64,000 bases of DNA. Source: Candidatus Hydrogenedentota bacterium. GTDB taxonomy: Bacteria > Hydrogenedentota > Hydrogenedentia > Hydrogenedentales > SLHB01. The stretch covers positions 1,602 through 65,601 of the forward strand of contig JBPOJD010000023.1 in assembly GCA_052033955.1 (NCBI GenBank), in the 5' to 3' direction. Of the stretch, positions 56,306 through 64,000 are shown one piece after another; positions within the stretch are counted from its first letter, which is position 1; the number at the start of each line of letters is the position of its first letter. Both the position numbers and the translations under genes were made by a program. The notes below the pieces were generated by a model, which made no database searches, was not told the DNA's origin, and saw nothing but the letters and a program-made list of their open reading frames with translations.

Positions 56306-57604
56306 TCAGCCCCAGTACCGCGCGTAGAGCGCGTCCACGCGGCCCGCGCATTGGGCAAGTGACCCGGCGGCCTGCGGGTCGCCCGCCAGGTGGCGCAGCA
56401 TCAGGCGGCCCTCTTCCTCGCACAGGGCGTCGTGACCGGGAAACACGTTGCGCAGGAGGAACATGGCGTACTTTACCAGCCGGAAGGGGCCGTGCACCTG
56501 CACCGGCGCGCCGGGAAACGCGAACACTGCCACCGAGTACAGGTCGCGGATGCCCTGCTTGAGGTCGTCCAGCTCCGGGCTCGGCGCGAAAACGATGGTG
56601 TGGTACCACCCGAACAGCGTCCCGCGCTCGCAGCCGTGGGCGTCGCTGACGCCGACGATGGGCAGGTCGCGGCCCTTGGCGCGCTCCTCGTAGTACCGGG
56701 TGATCTGCAACACGTTGTTGTCGATCTCGAAATCGTGGTAGCCCCCGAGCACCTCGTAGGCGTCGAAGGGCCGCGTATCGAGCAGGTGCGTGGTCAACGG
56801 TCCGGCGGGGGCATAGCGGTGGCCGGTAAACCAGTACGGATGGCAGAAGACCGCCAGACCGCCGCCCTCGCGCACCTTGTTGAAGGTCCACACGCACGAG
56901 GCGTACAGATACGGGTCAACCCCTTCGGGCAAAGGACCCAGCTCGTCCTGAAGCGCCGCCACCTCGCGGCGGTAGCCGTCGGGATCGCGCCGGAAGATCT
57001 CGTTGACGCTGAACGCCCCGCCGAAATTGACCATGTGCACCGGGTTGTCCGGGGGATGGATTTCCTCGCCGGGGTAGATCCGGAGGTCCACGGCCACGTC
57101 CGCGTATGCCTGCCGCCCCTCGAGGCTCGGCTCGTAGAGCCGGTGGTCCGTGACGGCCATGAAGTCCAGCCCAATACGGCGGCACGCGCCAACAACATAG
57201 CCCGGCGCCTCGCGCCCGTCCGAGCGGACGCTGTGCATGTGGAAGTCGCCCTTCCAGGGCCGCCGCGCGTACAGGTCCTCGCGCAGCGAATACACGCGGA
57301 AGTCGTACTCGGCCGTGCGCCCGTTCTCCTGCAGGAATTCGATGAAGAAGACATGCTCCTGCTCTCCCTCGAAGAACTGCGTGAGGCGCAGACGGCCGTT
57401 TTCGGCGCGCACGGTGCGCGCGGCCTGCTGCGGCGTCCAGCCGCTGCGCACCGCGAACTCCTCCGCCGGGTAGTAATTGACCACGTAGTCCTGACCGTCA
57501 ATGAAACGGCAGTGGTCGTACAACGGGACAATCTCGACCGTCGACACCGCGTTGGCCGGAACGATCCTGGGCAGCACATCAAAATAGAGGGTCTCGTTGG
57601 CCAT
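56306..57604 (-). CDS. PHP-domain (CehA/McbA-like) metallohydrolase
   Basis: ATG at 57604. Motifs seen: KGDFHMHSVRSDGREAPG, DFMAVTDH and GVSDAHG. Confidence 0.65.
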   Translation of the reverse strand: MANETLYFDVLPRIVPANAVSTVEIVPLYDHCRFIDGQDYVVNYYPAEEFAVRSGWTPQQAARTVRAENGRLRLTQFFEGEQEHVFFIEFLQENGRTAEYDFRVYSLREDLYARRPWKGDFHMHSVRSDGREAPGYVVGACRRIGLDFMAVTDHRLYEPSLEGRQAYADVAVDLRIYPGEEIHPPDNPVHMVNFGGAFSVNEIFRRDPDGYRREVAALQDELGPLPEGVDPYLYASCVWTFNKVREGGGLAVFCHPYWFTGHRYAPAGPLTTHLLDTRPFDAYEVLGGYHDFEIDNNVLQITRYYEERAKGRDLPIVGVSDAHGCERGTLFGWYHTIVFAPSPELDDLKQGIRDLYSVAVFAFPGAPVQVHGPFRLVKYAMFLLRNVFPGHDALCEEEGRLMLRHLAGDPQAAGSLAQCAGRVDALYARYWG

Positions 57605-57864
57605 GTCGCCTCCATGTGACCGGCAGATCCGGATTGCGGGTGATGGTACGCCCCGCCGCAGCGCCCGGTCAACTGGACGGCGGCAGCGACGGAAAAGGCG
57701 CCAGAACCCACACACACGTAGCTATCGCCGCCATATCCTACAAGAACGTAGCATCGCCCGGCCCGGCGCGCCAACCAACCCTGGCGACTATCTGGATCCG
57801 TAACAACTTATTATACATGCTGTTATGCGCACCCAGGCAGGCTTTTCCGCCCTCCGTCTTCATT

Positions 57865-57879
57865 TGGCACAGGGATTGC
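57865..57879 (+). promoter_or_regulatory. Sigma54 promoter TGGCAC-N5-TTGC upstream of glnK-amtB
   Basis: TGGCACAGGGATTGC is an exact match to the -24/-12 core. It lies 108 nt upstream of the PII start, with an AT-rich tract 40-70 nt further upstream. Confidence 0.7.
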
Positions 57880-57932
57880 GTTAGGCGACACAGCGGCGTT
57901 TCCCTACCTTAGGGTAGTTTGTCGGGCCCTAG

Positions 57933-58328
<396 letters not shown>

Positions 58329-58385
58329 GCGATCCGTCACGAACCAGAACCTGAGAAACACAGCCCCGGAGGAGGTACACTAGTC

Positions 58386-59798
<1,413 letters not shown>

Positions 59799-59816
59799 TC
59801 GCTCTCACCCCAGGAG

Positions 59817-59856
59817 AGGCCGGAGATCGAAAGGTCTCCGGCCTTTCCCCTTTTTG
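59817..59856 (+). terminator. Intrinsic terminator after amtB
   Basis: AGGCCGGAGA-tcgaaagg-TCTCCGGCCT forms a 10-bp perfect stem, followed by TTCCCCTTTTTGG. Confidence 0.75.
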
Positions 59857-59870
59857 GTCGCCGCTCCTGT

Positions 59871-59899
59871 TTGACAATGCCGGCGCCGGGCGGTATACA
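59871..59899 (+). promoter_or_regulatory. Sigma70-type promoter TTGACA-N17-TATACA
   Basis: It lies 60 nt upstream of the esterase start. Confidence 0.5.
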
Positions 59900-59958
59900 G
59901 AAGGGCCGCGCGCACAGCCATTACGCGGCCCATCCTCCAACCACGGGGTCCACAACTT

Positions 59959-60912
59959 ATGTTCGTCTTCGACATGCCGCTGGATCAGCTTCGCACCCTG
60001 ACATTCCCCCTCACCCGCGAGCCTGACTTCGACACATTCTGGCAGCGCCACCTGGCCCGCAGCGCGGGACAGCCGCTCCATCCCTCGGTCGAACCCCATG
60101 CCTACGCCCTGGACAAGGTCGTGGTGCACAAGGTGGCCTTCGATGCCTACGACGGCGGCCGCAACGTGGGCTGGCTCATCGCCCCGGCGGACGGCGCGCC
60201 CCACCCGGTCCTGAACTTCTTCCACGGCTACGGCGGCGAGCGCGGCAAGGTGGCCAGCTTTCTGATGTGGGCCCTGATGGGCTTCACCTGCGTGGCGTGG
60301 GACGTGCGGGGACAGTTGGGCGAAAGCACCGACGGCGCGGTCTATCCGGGCGGCCGCTCGGGCGGCTGGGTCACCAGTGGCCTGCTGGACCCGGACCAGT
60401 ATTACTTCACGCGGGCCTACATCGACACCGTGCGGGCCCTCGATTTCGCTGCGTCCCGCCCCGAGGTGGATCCGGACCGGATGGGGGTGCTCGGGTGCAG
60501 CCAAGGCGGCGGGCTGTCGATGGCGGCCGCCGCGCTCGATTCGCGGGTGAAGCTCTGCATGGCCGAGGTGCCGGGGTTCTGCCACTTCGGCCGCACGCTG
60601 GCCGTCACCAAAGCCCCGCCGTGGACGGATCTCACATCGTATTTCACGCGTCGGCCCGGCGACATGGAGCAGGCGATGCGCACGCTGTCCTACGTCGAAC
60701 TCAACAATCACGCCGAGCGCATCACGTGCCCCACGCTCATCTCCGTCGGGCTGCAGGACGACATCTGCGTCCCGTCGAGCATCTACGCGGCGTACAACCG
60801 CCTCGGGGCCGCCGTGAAGTGTATCGACCCGTTCCCCTACAATGGACACGAGGCCCTATTGAACATCGACACCATGATCGCCTGGGCACTGAAATACCTG
60901 CTCAATGGTTAG
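59959..60912 (+). CDS. CE7 acetyl-xylan esterase / cephalosporin-C deacetylase family
   Basis: The GCSQGG nucleophile elbow is present. Motifs seen: HGYGG and GLQDDICVPSS, with a C-terminal catalytic His (NGHEA). Confidence 0.8.
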   Translation: MFVFDMPLDQLRTLTFPLTREPDFDTFWQRHLARSAGQPLHPSVEPHAYALDKVVVHKVAFDAYDGGRNVGWLIAPADGAPHPVLNFFHGYGGERGKVASFLMWALMGFTCVAWDVRGQLGESTDGAVYPGGRSGGWVTSGLLDPDQYYFTRAYIDTVRALDFAASRPEVDPDRMGVLGCSQGGGLSMAAAALDSRVKLCMAEVPGFCHFGRTLAVTKAPPWTDLTSYFTRRPGDMEQAMRTLSYVELNNHAERITCPTLISVGLQDDICVPSSIYAAYNRLGAAVKCIDPFPYNGHEALLNIDTMIAWALKYLLNG

Positions 60913-60990
60913 GGCGTTTTCAGGACCACGGCGACACGCAATAGACATGAAATAACGCAACCGGATCGCGTCACCACGAAAGGATTGGGT

Positions 60991-63579
60991 ATGCCACGCA
61001 ACGCCGCCAAACGGGGCCTGTCTTCCTCCAGGAAGCCGTTCACCTACACGGGACCGGACCTGAGCCGCATTTCGTTTCCGCTGGGCGGTGTGGGCACCGG
61101 CTGCATTGGTCTCGAGGGCTCCGGGGGACTGCGCGACTGGCAGATCTTCCACCGTCCGAACATCAGCCCGCGTCCCGCGAAGACCTTCCCGGCCATCTGG
61201 GCGAAGGAAAAGGGCAAGGAGCCCGTCTGCCGCGTCCTGGAAGGACCGCTGCCCGCGCCGTACGGCGTGGACGGCGGCGGCGGCCCGCATCACAGCGGCG
61301 AGGGCTTCCCCCACATGGACGGCGCCACGTTCCGCGGCGAGTTTCCGTTTGCCTGGATCGATTTCGCGTCGCGCGCCTTGCCGGTCAAGGTCGCGCTCGA
61401 GGCCTGGAGCCCCTTCATCCCGAGCGAGGCCGACGACTCGAGCTTCCCGGCGGCCGTGCTGACCTACACTGTCACGAATACCGCCAAGAACCCGGTCGAT
61501 TGCACCGTGGTCTGGAGCATGCTCAACCAGATCGGGTCCATCGGGATTGCCGAGCGGGACAAGCTGTTCAGCCAGGTCGAGTACGGCATGGGGCAGAACG
61601 TCAACGAGTCCGTCGATCGCGACGGCCTGCGCGGACTGGTGTTTTCAACGAAGAAGTGGCCGGAGGACCACCCGCGTTTCGGCACGATGGCCCTGCTCAC
61701 GCCCGAGAAGCGGGCGATCACCTGCAAGCAGTGGCTTCGCGGCGGCTGGTTTGCCCCCATGCACGAGTTCTGGGACACCTTCTCCGCGACGGGTGAACTG
61801 CCCGAGCACGACTACGGCCCCTCCGATGACCGCAACACGGACGCGGGGTCGGTGGGCGTCAAGCTCAAACTCAAACCTGGCGAATCGAAGACGGCGACGT
61901 TCTATATCGCGTGGCATTTCCCCACCTTCGAAAAGTACTGGCACGCCATCGAGACCGAGGTCGGCCAGGTGGTCGCGCAGGACGCCAAGCGCACTGCGAA
62001 GCCCGCGTGGAAGCACCACTATGCGACGCTGTTTTCGGACGCCTTTGACGTCGTGCGCAGGCTGCACACGGATCGCGCCCGGCTGCACAACGCCACCCAG
62101 ACCTTCCATGATGCGCTTTTCGCCAGCACCCTGCCGCCCAGCGTCCTCGATGCCGTGTCCGCGAATCTCGCGATCCTGCGGTCGCCCACGGTCACGCGCC
62201 TCCAGGACGGCTCGCTGTACGGCTTTGAGGGCTGCGCCGACATCGCCGGGTGCTGCGAGGGCTCGTGCACGCACGTCTGGAACTACCAGCAGGCCACGGC
62301 ATTCCTCTTCCCTGACCTCGAGCGCTCGCTGCGCACCAACGAGTACGAGTATTGTCTGCGCGACGACGGCGGCGTCGGGTTCCGGCTGCAACTGCCCCTC
62401 GGCGCGCCGCCGACGTCGTTCATCCCGTGCGGCGACGGGCAAATGGGCGGCATCGTCAAGCTCTACCGCGACTGGAAGATCAGCGGCGACGACGCCTGGC
62501 TCCGAAAGCTGTGGCCCAACGCGAAGAAGGCGCTCGAATACGCCTGGTCCGTGTGGGACAAGGACAAGACCGGCGTGATGACCGGTCCCCAGCACAACAC
62601 CTACGACATCGAGTTCTACGGTCCGAATCCGATGATGACCTGCTTCTATCTCGGCGCGCTCGTGGCGGCCGCCGAGATCGCGGACTACCTGGGCGACACA
62701 AAGACGGCCGACGAATACCGCCGCATCTTCGAGCGCGGCAGCAGGTGGGTCGACGAGAACCTGTGGAACGGCGAGTTCTACATCCAGCAGTACGACCCCA
62801 AGGAAGCGCCGGTGCACCAGTATGGCGCGGGGTGCCTGTCGGACCAGTTGCTCGGGCAGTGGTCGGCGATGATCGCGGGCCTGGGCTATGTGCTCGACCC
62901 GAGCCATGTGCGCAGGGCCCTCAAGAGCACCTTCAAGTACAATTGGAAGGCGAACCTGAAGAACCATGAGAATGCGCAGCGCGTGTACGCGCTTAACGAC
63001 GAGGCGGGGCTGATCCTGTGTTCGTGGCCGCACGGCGGCCGCCCGGCCGTGCCGTTTGTATACTCGGACGAGGTCTGGACCGGTATCGAGTACCAGGTCG
63101 CCAGTCATCTCATCATGGAAGGCATGGTGGACGAGGGACTCACCGTCGTCCAGGGCGTGCGCGACCGCTTCGACGGGTTCCGCCGCAACCCCTACGACGA
63201 ATACGAATGCGGCCACTACTACGCCCGCGCGATGGCGTCCTACGGCCTGCTCAATGCCCTGTCGGGCTTCTCCTTCGACAAGGGCCTCGGCGTGATCGGC
63301 TTCGCGCCGCAGACCACGCCCGGCCGCTTCGCGTGCTTCTGGGCACTCGACGGCGTCTGGGGCGTCTACGCGCGCAAGGGCACGACCGCCACGGTGGCCG
63401 TGCTCCACGGCGACATCGCACTGAGTCGGCTGGACCTGCCCGGGTTCATCACCGGCCCCGGCGCTTCGGCCACACTCGGCCGCCAGGCCGTCAAGGCGGT
63501 GGCCGATGACGTCGGGTCGCTCACCTTCGCGCGGACGGTGAAACTCAAAGCGGGTCAATCGCTGACCATCACGATATGA
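60991..63579 (+). CDS. GH116-family beta-glucosidase (GBA2/glucosylceramidase-like)
   Basis: The N-terminal domain has ISFPLGGVGTGCIGLEGSGGLRDWQIF. The catalytic (alpha/alpha)6 half has CCEGSCTHVWNYQQ and YDEYECGHYYARAM. ATG at 60991 is preferred over the track TTG at 60985. Confidence 0.8.
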   Translation: MPRNAAKRGLSSSRKPFTYTGPDLSRISFPLGGVGTGCIGLEGSGGLRDWQIFHRPNISPRPAKTFPAIWAKEKGKEPVCRVLEGPLPAPYGVDGGGGPHHSGEGFPHMDGATFRGEFPFAWIDFASRALPVKVALEAWSPFIPSEADDSSFPAAVLTYTVTNTAKNPVDCTVVWSMLNQIGSIGIAERDKLFSQVEYGMGQNVNESVDRDGLRGLVFSTKKWPEDHPRFGTMALLTPEKRAITCKQWLRGGWFAPMHEFWDTFSATGELPEHDYGPSDDRNTDAGSVGVKLKLKPGESKTATFYIAWHFPTFEKYWHAIETEVGQVVAQDAKRTAKPAWKHHYATLFSDAFDVVRRLHTDRARLHNATQTFHDALFASTLPPSVLDAVSANLAILRSPTVTRLQDGSLYGFEGCADIAGCCEGSCTHVWNYQQATAFLFPDLERSLRTNEYEYCLRDDGGVGFRLQLPLGAPPTSFIPCGDGQMGGIVKLYRDWKISGDDAWLRKLWPNAKKALEYAWSVWDKDKTGVMTGPQHNTYDIEFYGPNPMMTCFYLGALVAAAEIADYLGDTKTADEYRRIFERGSRWVDENLWNGEFYIQQYDPKEAPVHQYGAGCLSDQLLGQWSAMIAGLGYVLDPSHVRRALKSTFKYNWKANLKNHENAQRVYALNDEAGLILCSWPHGGRPAVPFVYSDEVWTGIEYQVASHLIMEGMVDEGLTVVQGVRDRFDGFRRNPYDEYECGHYYARAMASYGLLNALSGFSFDKGLGVIGFAPQTTPGRFACFWALDGVWGVYARKGTTATVAVLHGDIALSRLDLPGFITGPGASATLGRQAVKAVADDVGSLTFARTVKLKAGQSLTITI

Positions 63580-63590
63580 GGGAGGCACCG

Positions 63591-64000
63591 ATGCGCGCCC
63601 GGACACGTTCTGCAACGGCATGGATCCTGGGTGCGCCGCTGGTGCTGGCATGGTGTTGGGCGGCGGCCGCGGCAGACGATGCGGCGCCGTCGTTCTTTGC
63701 CTACCTGCCGGTGCCGGGCCCGTACGCGGTCGAGGAGATCGGACCGCTTGAGCTGCCCGACCCGGTTCGCAGGAAGGTGCTGCCCGTCAAGGTCTACGTG
63801 CCGCGGGGCGACGGACCCTTCCCGGTCATCCTGTATTCGCACGGCGCCGGTGAATCGGCCGAGTCCGCGCCGAACATGGCCCGGCACTGGTGCAGCCACG
63901 GCTACATCAGCCTCCATCCCGGCCACGTCCAGAAACAGCGCGAGGCGCGGCGCTTTGGGCTCGGCCGGCTGATCAACGAATTCTCGCGCATCAAGAACCT
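63591..64000 (+). CDS. Secreted alpha/beta hydrolase (dienelactone hydrolase / PAF-acetylhydrolase-like), 3'-truncated by the window edge
   Basis: The ATG sits behind a GAGGGAGG Shine-Dalgarno. A signal peptide is present (MRARTRSATAWILGAPLVLAWCWAAAAA). The segment VKVYVPRGDGPFPVILYSHGAG follows. The frame is open to the window end and is not in the ORF track. Confidence 0.6.
   Translation, partial: MRARTRSATAWILGAPLVLAWCWAAAAADDAAPSFFAYLPVPGPYAVEEIGPLELPDPVRRKVLPVKVYVPRGDGPFPVILYSHGAGESAESAPNMARHWCSHGYISLHPGHVQKQREARRFGLGRLINEFSRIKN

Overview
This is a GC-rich bacterial chromosomal window (by eye well above 60% G+C). BamD, LptE and an OprO/P-type porin indicate a diderm organism.

The window opens inside the right end of a putative integrated element: a DUF2924-like gene, a large serine recombinase and a small HTH protein. 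That element abuts the 3' end of a one-piece tmRNA gene (2941-3300, minus strand).

The rest is densely packed, often translationally coupled core and nutrient-acquisition DNA, in this order:
- infC-rpmI-rplT-hisA-tyrA-tmk-holB-PSP1/ricT-tatD.
- A GH130 / Gfo-Idh-MocA / GT4-fusion glycoside cluster.
- A methyl-accepting chemotaxis protein next to an orphan sigma54 activator.
- A Pho cluster: OprP-like porin, a 47-aa small ORF and long-form pstSCAB, with no phoU. phoA lies further along.
- A 1380-aa hybrid histidine kinase.
- A ferredoxin-nrfH-nrfA-methyltransferase operon behind a perfect FNR-type box, with a divergent cysteine-free Crp/Fnr regulator.
- GH3, an amidohydrolase, an HD-GYP protein, bamD-lptE-holA, vapBC, ald, xylB-rluD and rpsU.
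- GH172 plus a PHP hydrolase, a sigma54-promoted glnK-amtB pair, and CE7/GH116/alpha-beta hydrolase genes.

Non-genic highlights:
- A promoter, a ~150-nt structured RNA and an intrinsic terminator upstream of infC.
- An array of ~60-bp tandem repeats, each carrying a GC-rich palindrome, between convergent ald and rluD.
- Pho-box-like phased repeats.
- A real-looking 132-codon gene hidden inside a 915-aa antisense ORF.

I saw no CRISPR array, rRNA, tRNA or recognisable defence genes, and no clear novel multi-gene system. If the serine-recombinase element carries one, it lies upstream of position 1. The many 200-900-aa ORFs antisense to real genes are GC-driven shadows.

All calls come from reading translations and motifs by eye. 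No searches were run, and start codons are often uncertain.
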